64,000 nucleotides of DNA from an uncultured Trueperaceae bacterium (GTDB lineage Bacteria > Deinococcota > Deinococci > Deinococcales > Trueperaceae), in assembly GCA_963815215.1 (NCBI GenBank), contig CAWFFU010000003.1:224001-288000 (forward strand). Reading direction: 5' to 3'. The position numbers and the translations under genes were made by a program. Below, piece after piece: positions 29,146 to 38,767 of the stretch. Within the stretch, counting starts at the first letter, position 1. The number at the start of each line of letters is the position of its first letter. The notes under the pieces were generated by a model. The model was given only the letters and a program-made list of their open reading frames with translations, made no database searches and had not been told where the DNA came from.

Positions 29146-29595
29146 TCACAGGGCCGGGACGAGGGCCGCCAGGTCGGCGCGCAGCGCGCCGGTGAGGGTC
29201 TTGATCTCGTCGAGCGCGCTGTGCCGGTCGATGGCGCGTAGGAGCGCTTCGAAATCGGCGCGTGCCTGGCGGGCGCGATCGGGGTAGAGGCGGGCGAGGT
29301 CGGTGGCCTGGTCGAGGTCATCGAGGCCGCGTCTGGCGGCGTCCTTGGCGGCCGTGAGACTGGCCCCGGGCTGGGCCGCGGCGCCGTCGGGCACCGCCCG
29401 GGCATATTCGAGGTCCACCACGTCGAGCGTTCCCTGCGCGTGCTGCACGGCGTAGATCGAGGGTGTGAGCTGCGTGGCGAGGCTCGGGTTCGGTGCCGTG
29501 CCGCGACCCAGCAAGAAGGCCAGGGGGACGACCACCACCGCGGTGATCAGCGCCGCCAGGTAGGCGGGGAAGTGGCGCTGGCGTCGGTACAGCAT
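29146..29595 (-). CDS. Membrane-anchored helical hypothetical protein (last gene of FTR1 operon)
   Basis: SD GAGGAGG; basic N-terminus, one TM helix, then amphipathic helices. Confidence 0.8.
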   Translation of the reverse strand: MLYRRQRHFPAYLAALITAVVVVPLAFLLGRGTAPNPSLATQLTPSIYAVQHAQGTLDVVDLEYARAVPDGAAAQPGASLTAAKDAARRGLDDLDQATDLARLYPDRARQARADFEALLRAIDRHSALDEIKTLTGALRADLAALVPAL

Positions 29596-29605
29596 GCTAT
29601 CCTCC

Positions 29606-31714
29606 TCAACTCCCCTTCAGGACCAGCGCCACCTGGGTCTCGAGCCGGAAGGCGCTACGAAGGAAGCGCCGCAGCGCCTCGGGATCGCTCAAGTGGCCGC
29701 AGTCGATGAGCCGGCGCGGCGTAACGGCGTGCGCCTGGGGGGCGGTTCCGCCGTCGAGGCGCGCCTCCAGCGCGGCCAGCACCTCGCCCGGAGTGCCGGT
29801 CAGGGTGGTGGCGTCGTCGAGCTCGAGCAGGCGGGCGCCGCGACGGTCCATCGCCACTACCGGGTGGCGCAGGACGCGGGAGAACAGCCGGCGTTCCAGG
29901 CGTTCGGCGCTGAGCACGACCAGCGCCGGGCTGCGGTAGCGAAGCTCGCACGGGCCCCCGCCGAGCTGCTGGCGCGCGAGCGTGCGCAACACGTCGTCGT
30001 CGAGGTCGCCGCGATGGCCGTCGACGGGGTGGGCGCCGAAGGCCACGGCGCGCAGCAAGCGCTCCTCGGGCAGGTAGTGCACCTCGGACTGGAGGCGGGC
30101 CGGGTCGGCGCCGAGCCGCACCGCTTCACCCTCGACCTCGCGCAGCAGCAGGTCGCCGATGGTGGGGTCGTCGATGCCGGCGTTGCGCTCGCGCTCGACG
30201 CGGATCATCGTCAGCGCGGCGCCGATGCTGGAGATGATGTCGGGCTCGGGGACGCACTCGAAGTCCAGGCCCAGGCGGGCGGCGACGACCGGGCCCAGCA
30301 CGCGGGCGGCGCCGCCGCCGCCGTACAACCGGGTGCCGCCCAGGTCGTGTTCGTCGGCCACGGCGCGAACGGTGCGGGTCAGCTTCTCGGCGCCCGCCTC
30401 CAGGATCGCCAAGGCCAGCTCGTCCGTGCCGGCGCCCAGGGCGCGCGCGAGCGGCGCCAGGGCGCTGCGGGCGGCCTCGGCCGGACGGTGGCCGGGATCG
30501 TCGGCGGGGAGGCGGCCCAGGGCGTTGGCGGCGCAGGTGGGGGTGATCGCGAAGCGGCCGCCGGCGGCCGCCACCACGGCGTAGTCGGCCGGGTCCCCGT
30601 CACGCGGCGCGATGCGCTCCAGACGCGCTCCCTCCAGGGCGGCCGGGTCGGCGAGCGAGGCGTAGGGGAGGCCCGCGATGTGGGCGCTGCGCGGCCCCAC
30701 CTCTTCGATGCGCCGGTTGGACAGGCGGATCAAGCTGCCCCCCGCCACCCCGGCGATGCGGATGTCGGCCGCGCGCAGCGCCGTGGGGAAGTCCATCACC
30801 GTCATGTGCTTCATCACCGGGCGGCCGGCCTTGATGGCGCCGATGTTGGTGCTGGTTCCGCCGACCTCGAACAGGATGCCGTCGGTCACGCCGTGGTACA
30901 GGATAGCGCCCGCCAGCGAAGCGGCGGGGCCGCTGACCACGGTGTGGATCGGCGCCTCGCGCAGCCCCTGCAGGTCGACCGCGCCGCCGTCGCCCCGCAC
31001 CACCAGCAGGGGCACGCCGGGGAGCTTGCGCTCCAGCGCCCGCTCGACGTGCTCGGCCGTGCGCAGCATGGTGGGCAGGATGGAGGCGTTGATCGCAGCC
31101 GTGCTCGAGCGCATCTCCAGGCCGTAGACGCCCGTCAGCTCCGAGCCGCCGGTGGCGGGCAACCCCGCCTCTCGCAGCAGCTCGGCGGCGTGACGCTCGA
31201 GGGCGGGGTCGTCGACGGCGAACGCCTGGCTGACGGCTGCCGCCTCGACCCCGTCGGCCCGCCAGGCCGCCGCCACGGCCCGCACCCGCTCGTCGACGTC
31301 CGGGGCGTCGGAGGGGACGAAGGCCCAGCTCAACGCCAGGGGGCGGCCGCCGGCCAGGCGCAGCTCGCTGAGCTGCGTGCGGCGGCGGATCAGGCGTTCC
31401 TCGGCGGCCGGTCCCAGCGCCAACAGACCCACGTGCGCCATGTCGCCCTCGAGTAGCGCGTTGGTGGCCTGCGTGGTGGCGTGGGCTACCAGGGCCACGG
31501 GCTTGCCGGGAGGGAGCGTGGCGAGCAGCTCCTCGAGGACCCGGAGCACGCCCGCGACCACGCCCTCGGCGGCCCGGTGCGTGGTCGCCACCCTCGCGCG
31601 TGAGAAGATCTCTCCGCTGACGGCATCGAGGGCGACGCCCTTGGTGAAGGTCCCACCGACATCGATGCCGATGCGGACGGCGCTCTGCGGCGGCGGAGGG
31701 GTCGGGATGCTCAT
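29606..31714 (-). CDS. Hydantoinase/oxoprolinase A-family (ASKHA ATPase) protein, stand-alone
   Basis: IGIDVGGTFT, ATTQATNALLE, NASILP, SGPAAS, EVGGTST, GGS, GPRSA, TPTCAA, SSIGAA. Confidence 0.9.
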   Translation of the reverse strand: MSIPTPPPPQSAVRIGIDVGGTFTKGVALDAVSGEIFSRARVATTHRAAEGVVAGVLRVLEELLATLPPGKPVALVAHATTQATNALLEGDMAHVGLLALGPAAEERLIRRRTQLSELRLAGGRPLALSWAFVPSDAPDVDERVRAVAAAWRADGVEAAAVSQAFAVDDPALERHAAELLREAGLPATGGSELTGVYGLEMRSSTAAINASILPTMLRTAEHVERALERKLPGVPLLVVRGDGGAVDLQGLREAPIHTVVSGPAASLAGAILYHGVTDGILFEVGGTSTNIGAIKAGRPVMKHMTVMDFPTALRAADIRIAGVAGGSLIRLSNRRIEEVGPRSAHIAGLPYASLADPAALEGARLERIAPRDGDPADYAVVAAAGGRFAITPTCAANALGRLPADDPGHRPAEAARSALAPLARALGAGTDELALAILEAGAEKLTRTVRAVADEHDLGGTRLYGGGGAARVLGPVVAARLGLDFECVPEPDIISSIGAALTMIRVERERNAGIDDPTIGDLLLREVEGEAVRLGADPARLQSEVHYLPEERLLRAVAFGAHPVDGHRGDLDDDVLRTLARQQLGGGPCELRYRSPALVVLSAERLERRLFSRVLRHPVVAMDRRGARLLELDDATTLTGTPGEVLAALEARLDGGTAPQAHAVTPRRLIDCGHLSDPEALRRFLRSAFRLETQVALVLKGS

Positions 31715-31805
31715 GGCCTAGGCGTCGGAGCGGGCCGGCGGAGCAGCCGGCGGCTGTCGGGGAGTCCGGGGACCGGCGGCATCGGTCGCGATCGCGCGGC
31801 GGCCG

Positions 31806-33149
31806 TCAGCCGGAGGACGTCTCGCCCGCCGCGCCGCCGGCGCTCTTGCGTGCGAGCCGACCCCGACGCAGGACGAATGCTACCATCCCGATCGCATAGA
31901 CGCCGATCAGGCAGGCCTGGGTCAACACCGTTTCGAGGGTGGGGTGGAAGCCGGTGAGTGCGGCGAGGCTGGGGTTCAGGCGCGGCAGCGTGCCCAGCAG
32001 GTTGGTGATCGGCAGCCAGCCGGCCCCTTGCAGCGCGCGCGCGGCGTTGCCCGCGAAGGCGACGGCGAGCAGCGCGGTCACGGTGACGGCGACCCGGAAG
32101 AACACCTGCAGCGGCAGCTTCCGTTGCAGGCGCAGGATGACGAAGGCCACCAGCGCGAGGGCGACGGCGCCGACCGCCAGGCCGAGCCACAGGTACCCCA
32201 TCACGGGGCCGCTGACGCCGACCAGCGCCTGGTAGAGCAGCACCGTCTCGAACCCCTCGCGGTAGACGCTGGCGAAGGCGGCTGCGGCGACGGCGAGCAG
32301 GCTGCCGCGCTGCACGGCGTGGCCGAGCCGCGCGCGCATGAACTCCATGTGGCGTCGCCGGTCGCTCTGCTGCAGCATCCAGAAGCTGAGGTAGAACAGG
32401 ATCGCCACCGCCACCACGCTGGTGATGCCCGAGAGCAACTCGCGTGAGGCGGGCGCCACGCGCAGCACGGTGGACGCCGCGACGTAGGTCAACCCGGTGG
32501 CGACCAGCGCGGCCGCGAGGCCGTACCACACGCCGGGCGCGAGTCGGTCGTTGCGCGTGCTGCGCAGGTAGGCCAGGATGGAGCCCAGCAGCAGGACGAC
32601 CTCCAGCCCCTCGCGGAAGAGGATGAAGAAGCTCCCGCCGGCGGCCAGCGTGGGCGCGAGCGCGCCGGTGCCGCTCACCACCGTCTCGGCGCGCAGCAGG
32701 TCGGCATAGATCTTGGCCGCGGCAGCATCGATCTCGCCCATCGGTGCGCCGGCCTTCATGCCGTTGCGGAGATTGGCGAACAGGAACTCGGTATCGAGGA
32801 TCAGGTCGGGATCGAGCACCCTCAGCTTGGGCTCGGCGTACTCGAAGTGGTCGAGGTAGGCCGAGCGCGAGAGCCGGTAGGCCTCATCGGCGTGGCCGGT
32901 GCGGTACAGCCGCAGGCTTCGAGCGACCATGTCGTGGGCGGTGTGGAGCTCGGCGGCGACGTCGACCTTCTGCTGAGCCCGCGCCTGGGGTGCGAGGGCG
33001 AGCAACGCCGCCGCCATCGCGGCGAGCACGAGCAGGACCGGCGGGCGCCACGCGGCGCGCGGCCGCCGCGCCGCAAGACCCCGTGCCGCAACGCCCCGTA
33101 CCGCCGCCGGCATGGGCGCCTCCATGTGCGCCTCGACCGGCGGCGTCAC
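31806..33149 (-). CDS. FTR1-family iron permease with N-terminal extracytoplasmic domain
   Basis: Two RExxE motifs (FREGLE, YREGFE), about 7 TM helices; signal peptide ARA/QQ and AYLDHFEYAE domain; GTGA overlap with upstream gene. Confidence 0.92.
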   Translation of the reverse strand: MTPPVEAHMEAPMPAAVRGVAARGLAARRPRAAWRPPVLLVLAAMAAALLALAPQARAQQKVDVAAELHTAHDMVARSLRLYRTGHADEAYRLSRSAYLDHFEYAEPKLRVLDPDLILDTEFLFANLRNGMKAGAPMGEIDAAAAKIYADLLRAETVVSGTGALAPTLAAGGSFFILFREGLEVVLLLGSILAYLRSTRNDRLAPGVWYGLAAALVATGLTYVAASTVLRVAPASRELLSGITSVVAVAILFYLSFWMLQQSDRRRHMEFMRARLGHAVQRGSLLAVAAAAFASVYREGFETVLLYQALVGVSGPVMGYLWLGLAVGAVALALVAFVILRLQRKLPLQVFFRVAVTVTALLAVAFAGNAARALQGAGWLPITNLLGTLPRLNPSLAALTGFHPTLETVLTQACLIGVYAIGMVAFVLRRGRLARKSAGGAAGETSSG

Positions 33150-34135
33150 TCGAGCGCCTTCCGGGCGCGCTCGAGATCGGCGCGGGCGCTCTGCACGGCG
33201 GCCGCGAAGTGGTCGGTCGGGACGCCCTGCGCCACCAGCGCCCGTAGCTGGTCGCGGAGGGTGTGCTCGAGCCGCCGTTCGAGATCGGGGGCGGCGGCCG
33301 CGAGCGGGGGTTCGAGGTCCTCGAAGTTCTCCAGGTAGGCGTCGATGAGCGCCTCGCCCGCGCCGGCGCTGTCGCCTTCGCGGTAGCGTGCCACGGCGCG
33401 GTCCAGGTCGGCCTCGATGGTCTGTAGCAGGCGCGCGGTGTCGGCCGCGCTGGGTGGGGCGCCGAGGGCGGCGAGGGCGTTGTCGGTGGCGGAGCGAACG
33501 GTGGCCGGGCGCACCACGTCGGCGCCGAGGGCGCTACGGAGAGTCACCAGGGCGTCACGGACCGTGGCGCCCACCCGGAGGCGCTGCGCCTGCTCGACGG
33601 CCACGGCCGCCAACGCCGACGCGTAGGCGCCGGGCTCCGTGGCGGTAGGCGTACCTGCCGGCTGAGCGGAGGCCTCCAACCCTTCCCGGCCGGCTTCGCG
33701 GACAAGCGCCACGAGAACGCTGCGGACGGCGTCGCCGCCGTCGCGTCCGTGCTCGGCGAGCCCGGTCACGGCGCCGGTGAGGCGGTCGGCCGCGCCGCGG
33801 GCGGCGCGGCCGTCGCCGCCGTCGACGGCGCTGCGGAGGCGCTCGAAGGCGCTGCGCAGCGGCTCGTTGGCTGAACTCGCCGTCAGCGCGGCCAACGGCC
33901 CCTGGGCGGCACGCTCGAGTTGCAGGCGGGCGTCGTCCGGGTGACCGTCCGCCGCCAGGCTGGCGGCGGCGCGACCGCGAGCGTCGAGGCGGAAGGAGTC
34001 GACGAGCTGGGATGGCACGGTCGTCGGTGCGGATTGCGCCCCGGCCGCAGCGAGGGCGAGGGCCAGCGCGATGGTGGCGACGAGGGCGTGGGTGTTGGGC
34101 AGCGGCCGCAGGCGGCGCGGGGAGGGCGAGGCCAT
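33146..34135 (-). CDS. Secreted alpha-helical protein with C-terminal domain resembling the FTR1 N-terminal domain
   Basis: ATG 34135 after AAAGGA; signal peptide ending AGA/Q; C-terminal DAYLENFEDLEPPL parallels SAYLDHFEYAEPKL of the downstream FTR1. Confidence 0.8.
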   Translation of the reverse strand: MASPSPRRLRPLPNTHALVATIALALALAAAGAQSAPTTVPSQLVDSFRLDARGRAAASLAADGHPDDARLQLERAAQGPLAALTASSANEPLRSAFERLRSAVDGGDGRAARGAADRLTGAVTGLAEHGRDGGDAVRSVLVALVREAGREGLEASAQPAGTPTATEPGAYASALAAVAVEQAQRLRVGATVRDALVTLRSALGADVVRPATVRSATDNALAALGAPPSAADTARLLQTIEADLDRAVARYREGDSAGAGEALIDAYLENFEDLEPPLAAAAPDLERRLEHTLRDQLRALVAQGVPTDHFAAAVQSARADLERARKALE

Positions 34136-34241
34136 GGGTGGCGATCCTTTCGAAGGCGACAGCCCGGTGGGCCGTGCTCCGTTGTCGTGTGGTGGCGGCA
34201 CGGTCCGCTGCCGTAGAGTCGTCGCGCAGGGGCGCCGCCAA

Positions 34242-34268
34242 TATACCCGAGTGGTTGGCTCGGGTATA
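34242..34268. promoter_or_regulatory. Palindromic operator, IscR/Rrf2-like
   Basis: TATACCCGAG-TGGTTGG-CTCGGGTATA, perfect 10-bp arms, overlapping the predicted transcription start. Confidence 0.7.
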
Positions 34269-34273
34269 CGCAG

Positions 34274-34303
34274 AGTCTAGCGGCGCACAATCCAGAGTGT
34301 CAA
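34274..34303 (-). promoter_or_regulatory. Sigma70-type promoter of the FTR1 operon
   Basis: TTGACA-18 bp-TAGACT. Confidence 0.7.
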
Positions 34304-34370
34304 GCTCAGGATTGCGGCCGCCGGCGGGGAAGGGGCGCCACAGTCGTGTCGTCCCCGGGGATCGATCGGT

Positions 34371-37300
34371 TCACTCGGAGGTCGGGCGACGCCGCGCCAG
34401 GTAGGTCCTGCGGCTTCTCTGCGTGTCGTCGCCGAGGTCGCCGACCTCCTGCGCGAGGCGCGCGTCGGCGCGCCGGTGCAGGGCGTTGCGCTCGTCATCG
34501 GAAGGGGCCGTGTCGGCCAGGAGCAGGTAGGCCAGGCTCGTCTCGAGGACCGGATGCGCCTCGGCGCGCGCCAGCAGTTGTGGTCGCAGCGCGGCGGCGG
34601 CGCCGTGCCCGTTGTCCAGGATCGCGGCGCGCAGGGCGGCCACGTCGGCGGCGAGGCGCAGGTGGTCGCCGTCGTCCAGCGCCATGGCCTGCTCGACCCG
34701 TTGCCGGACGGTATCGGCGTCGTCGGCCAGGAACGCCAGCTCGAGGAGGCACCAGGCGTAGAACTGCGGCAGCTTCAGCTCCGCCAGCTCGGCCAGGACG
34801 TCCTCCACCCCGGCCGTCGCGGCTCCCGCTGCGTCCGGCGAGGCGACCTCGAGGTCGATGGCGGCGAGATTGAAGCGCGCCACCAAGGCGCCCCGCACGT
34901 CCGCCGCGGCCTCCCGCAAGCGCGCGGCCTCGCGCAGCGCCGCGCGCGCCGGCCCGATGCGGCCCAGCCGTCGGAGCGCGTAGCCGTGCGCGAAGTGGGC
35001 CATCGCCGCCGAGCGATCGGCCCCGAGCGGGGCGGAGACCGCCAGCGCGCGCTCGGCGTGGACCAGCGCGGCGGCCAGGGCACCGCGGCTCACCTCGGTC
35101 AGCGCCGCGTTGGACAGGGCGATGCCGCCGGTGCGCCGATCGGCGGCGCGCAGCGCGACGTCCGCGGCCTCGGTGAAGTGCTCGATGGCCTCCGGGTACG
35201 CCCCCCTGCGCTCGCGGTCGGCGCCGAGACTGTTGAGCAGCGTCGCGATCAGCGGAATGTCGTGCAGGCTGCGGGCCAGTATGAGGGCTTCACGGTGGTG
35301 CTCGAACGCTGCGTCCACGTCGCCCCGCATCGCCTCGAGCGCGCCCAGACGTTGGAAGGCTCGTAGGCGACGCGCCTCGTGCCCTGAACGGGTGACCTCG
35401 AGGAAGGTGGCCTGGGCCTCGGTGTAGGCTCCCGAGAGATACGCGAGGTCGCCGAGCGCCAGGCGGGCCCGATCGATGCGTTCGGCGTCCCCGAGATGGA
35501 GGGCGTCGTCGAGCGCCTGACGGGCCTTGCGGGCGGCGACCGGGTGGTCCCCGCGTTCCGTGGCCCAGCGCGCCCGGCGCAGCGCGCTCTCGACCAGCAG
35601 GACGGGGTCCTGCTCGACGGCGGCGATGCGCTCGAGCTCCTCCAGGAAGCCGGCGGCCTCGTCGGCACGCCCACGCTGCGTCGTCACGTCGTCCAATCGG
35701 ACGAGCGCCTGGCTGCGGCCGTCGACGTCCGCAGCCGCCCACAGCGCCAGCAGGTACCAGCGCTCGGCGTCCTCCAGCACGAACACGGCGCGCGCGCCGT
35801 CGCCGGCTCGGAGCAGATGAGGGAAGGCGGCGGCCGGTTCCCAGGCGGACAGGAACTGCCCTGCGATCACCGCCGGGGCGGCGTCGAAGGCCTCGAGGGC
35901 GGTGGCGAGTCGCCGGTGCCAGAGGCGGGCGGCCTCGGGAGGCGTACGGTCCGCGATGGCGTCGGCGATGAGCTCGTGGGCGAGCTCGCCGTGGTGCAGC
36001 AGGCGGTGGAGCTCGAGCTCGGCGACGGCGGTGCGCAGCGTGGCGGCGGGCAGCTCCAGGACCGCGGCGGCGAGCTCGGTCGAGAACGCGGTGCCCGCCA
36101 TCGCCTTCACGCGGAGCACGTCCGCGGCAGGGCGGGACAGGCGGCGGATACGGCCCGCGAGCACGCCGGCCGCACTCCTGGGCAAGGGGTCTGCGCCGCC
36201 GCCGTCTCGTGCGGCGTCCTGCCACGCGGTGCGCAGGAGTTCAAGCGCGTAGAACGGGTTCCCGCCCGATACCCGCAGGACCACGTCGGCGGGGGGAGCG
36301 GTGCCCGTCATGCCGGTGCCCTGGATGAGCCCCTCGATCTGCTCGAGCCCTAGCGGCCGGAGCGTCACGATCTCGGCCAGTCCGCTCTCGGCGGCACTGC
36401 TCAGCACGCGTTCCCGGGTGCCGTCGAGCTCACCCGGACGGACCGAGGCGATGGCATGGACCGCCGAATCGGAGAAACGGGAGATGAAGTAGGTGCCCAT
36501 CTCGAAGCTGGCGTCGTCCCAGAAGTGCAGGTCCTCGTTCACGAGCACGGCCTTGCCCTCCAGCGCATTGGCGAGGACCCGGGCGGCGGCCTCGAACAGC
36601 CGCAGCTTCTGTGGCTCGTCGACGATCGGCGACTGACCGTCGGGGCGGGGAAAGCGCTCCGGCAGGATGCGGGCCAGCTCGTCGCGGATCCAGGGCTCGT
36701 CGGCGTAGTCGGGATTCTCGTGCAGGAGTGCGTTCAGGGAGCGGGCCTTGCTGGCGTAGGGGACGTTCCGGTCGCCCGGCATGCCGCGCGTGACGAGCAC
36801 CTCCCCCTTGCCGGCGGCGAAGTCATGGATCAGATGGGACTTGCCGATGCCGGGTTCGCCGATGACGACGAGGGTCTTCACGCGGCCCCAGGCTGCCTCG
36901 AGCGCCTGCCACGCCGCGTCGCGCCCGACCAGTCGCGGCGGGCGCAACAGCGCCACGGGCAGCGCACGTGCCGGGGGCGGTTGCGGCGCGGTCACGGCGC
37001 CGCTGTCGATGGCCCTGGCCAGCTCGACGGTGTCCGGCAGCGGTTCGAGCCCGAAGGTCTCGAGCAGCACCTCGCGACAGCGTCGGTAGGTGGCCATGGC
37101 CTGCCCGCGATCGCCGGCGAGATAGTGCAGCCGCATGACCTTCCGGTAGTTCGCTTCCGACAGCGGGTCGAGCGTCGAGAGCTGCTGCGCCAGGCGCAGG
37201 GCGCGCCGGAGCTCGCCGGCGCCTTCCAAGCGCTCGGCTTCCGCTTCCAGCGAGCGCCGCACGATCTCCAACAGGCGCTCGCGCTCGGCGATCACCCACT

Positions 37301-37697
37301 CAGCCAGATCCGGACAGTCGTCGTAGCTGTGGCCCTCCAGCAGCGTCGGCGTCTGCGGGGCCCAGCGCTGCGCGATGACGTCACTGCGCGCCTCGGCGTG
37401 CAGGGCCTGGAGCTCGCTGACGTCGGCCGTGACGGCTCCCAAGCGAAGGTCGCCGTCCGTTTCGAGGAGGTCCTCGAACACGCGCAGGCGGTGCAACAGT
37501 TGGCGCAGATTGTTGCGCGCGCGGGCGTCCACCACGTTGGGCCACAGCAGCCCGGCGATGGTGGCGCGCGGCGTCGGACCGGTGATCGCCACGTAGGCGA
37601 GCAACGCCGCGGCCTTCCGCTCCAGCGTCTCCTTCGGGCGCCCGGCTCGTTGGAGCATGGCCGGGCCCAGGACGCTCAGCCCCCAGGGATCGTTCAC
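34371..37697 (-). CDS. Large ATP-binding transcriptional regulator (HTH-BTAD-AAA ATPase-TPR)
   Basis: ALLAYVA, LLWP..ARNNLRQLLHRL, EWVIAERERL, DPLSEANYR..M..H (BTAD); Walker A GEPGIGKS; Walker B VNEDLHFWD; GGNPFY; TPRs. Start GTG 37697 downstream of TACAAT. Confidence 0.88.
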   Translation of the reverse strand: MNDPWGLSVLGPAMLQRAGRPKETLERKAAALLAYVAITGPTPRATIAGLLWPNVVDARARNNLRQLLHRLRVFEDLLETDGDLRLGAVTADVSELQALHAEARSDVIAQRWAPQTPTLLEGHSYDDCPDLAEWVIAERERLLEIVRRSLEAEAERLEGAGELRRALRLAQQLSTLDPLSEANYRKVMRLHYLAGDRGQAMATYRRCREVLLETFGLEPLPDTVELARAIDSGAVTAPQPPPARALPVALLRPPRLVGRDAAWQALEAAWGRVKTLVVIGEPGIGKSHLIHDFAAGKGEVLVTRGMPGDRNVPYASKARSLNALLHENPDYADEPWIRDELARILPERFPRPDGQSPIVDEPQKLRLFEAAARVLANALEGKAVLVNEDLHFWDDASFEMGTYFISRFSDSAVHAIASVRPGELDGTRERVLSSAAESGLAEIVTLRPLGLEQIEGLIQGTGMTGTAPPADVVLRVSGGNPFYALELLRTAWQDAARDGGGADPLPRSAAGVLAGRIRRLSRPAADVLRVKAMAGTAFSTELAAAVLELPAATLRTAVAELELHRLLHHGELAHELIADAIADRTPPEAARLWHRRLATALEAFDAAPAVIAGQFLSAWEPAAAFPHLLRAGDGARAVFVLEDAERWYLLALWAAADVDGRSQALVRLDDVTTQRGRADEAAGFLEELERIAAVEQDPVLLVESALRRARWATERGDHPVAARKARQALDDALHLGDAERIDRARLALGDLAYLSGAYTEAQATFLEVTRSGHEARRLRAFQRLGALEAMRGDVDAAFEHHREALILARSLHDIPLIATLLNSLGADRERRGAYPEAIEHFTEAADVALRAADRRTGGIALSNAALTEVSRGALAAALVHAERALAVSAPLGADRSAAMAHFAHGYALRRLGRIGPARAALREAARLREAAADVRGALVARFNLAAIDLEVASPDAAGAATAGVEDVLAELAELKLPQFYAWCLLELAFLADDADTVRQRVEQAMALDDGDHLRLAADVAALRAAILDNGHGAAAALRPQLLARAEAHPVLETSLAYLLLADTAPSDDERNALHRRADARLAQEVGDLGDDTQRSRRTYLARRRPTSE

Positions 37698-37834
37698 AAC
37701 GGACGCATTGTAAGGGATGCGTGCCTGAGTACCGTTCGAAGGGTCACGGCGTGATGTTGGCGGCAACGCCGCCGGCGCGTCCCGTCGCGAGCGGCCGGCC
37801 GGCGCCGGCCGGCGACAGGCCGCAGCGCCGGCGC

Positions 37835-38767
37835 TCAGAGGAAGATCGCGCCCAGCAACTCGAGCGCGGCCACGGCCGCCAGGTAGGCGGTGGCGCCGCT
37901 GCCGTCGACCAGCGGATTGGTCTCCATCACGTCGAAGCCGACGACAGCCGTGCGCGCGACGACCTCGTGCAATAGGCGTCGCACCTCCGGGTAGTCGAAG
38001 CCGCCCGGCTCGGGCGACGACACGCCGGGCGCGAACGCGGGATCGAAGGCGTCCATGTCGAGCGTGAGGTAGCAACGATCGCAGGCGTCCAGCGCGTCCA
38101 GAAGCATCTTCCATCCCTGGGGCGTGCGCACGGCGTCGGTCGTGAGCACCAGGTTGCCGCGCGCTCGGGCCTCACGGTAGGTCGCCTGCGAGGTCCGTGC
38201 CCCGCGGATGCCGACCTGCAGGATGCGCGTCACCTCGGGGACTTCGGCCGCACGTCGCATGGGGCTGCTGCTGGTGTCCCGGCTGCCCATCACCTCGTCG
38301 GTCGCATCGAGGTGGGCGTCGATCTGGAGCACGCACAGCGGACCCTGCCCGGCAAGCGCGCGCACGGCCGGCCCGGTGGCGGAGTGATCGCCGCCGATCA
38401 GCACAGGGAAGGCGCCGGCACGCACCAGCGCCGCCACGCTCGCCTCCACCGCCTCCAGTGTGGGGCCCGGCCGGCTGCGCAGCACGTCCACATCACCGGC
38501 GTCCACCACACGCTTCCCGGTGAGCACCCGGCGGTCTCGGTCGATGTCGAAGATGCCATCGGGGGAGAGGGGGCCGAGCCGGGTGGAGGCCTCGCGCACG
38601 GCGCGGGGTCCGAAGCGGGCGCCGGGCCGGTAGCCCACCCCCAGGTCGTGCGGCACGCCGAGTACGGCGATCGTGCCGGCGCAGTCCTCGAAGCGCTCGA
38701 CCAGCGGCGCCTTGAAGAAGGTGGCGACGCCGGTGGGCGCGAGGTCGGCGGGGTAGCGCTCGCTCAT
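37835..38767 (-). CDS. Ureohydrolase (agmatinase/formimidoylglutamase family), probable HutG by context
   Basis: RPGARFGPRAVR, GGDHS, IDAHLD, DMDAFDP..APG..SPEPGG, ETNP; overlaps hutI stop. Confidence 0.85.
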   Translation of the reverse strand: MSERYPADLAPTGVATFFKAPLVERFEDCAGTIAVLGVPHDLGVGYRPGARFGPRAVREASTRLGPLSPDGIFDIDRDRRVLTGKRVVDAGDVDVLRSRPGPTLEAVEASVAALVRAGAFPVLIGGDHSATGPAVRALAGQGPLCVLQIDAHLDATDEVMGSRDTSSSPMRRAAEVPEVTRILQVGIRGARTSQATYREARARGNLVLTTDAVRTPQGWKMLLDALDACDRCYLTLDMDAFDPAFAPGVSSPEPGGFDYPEVRRLLHEVVARTAVVGFDVMETNPLVDGSGATAYLAAVAALELLGAIFL

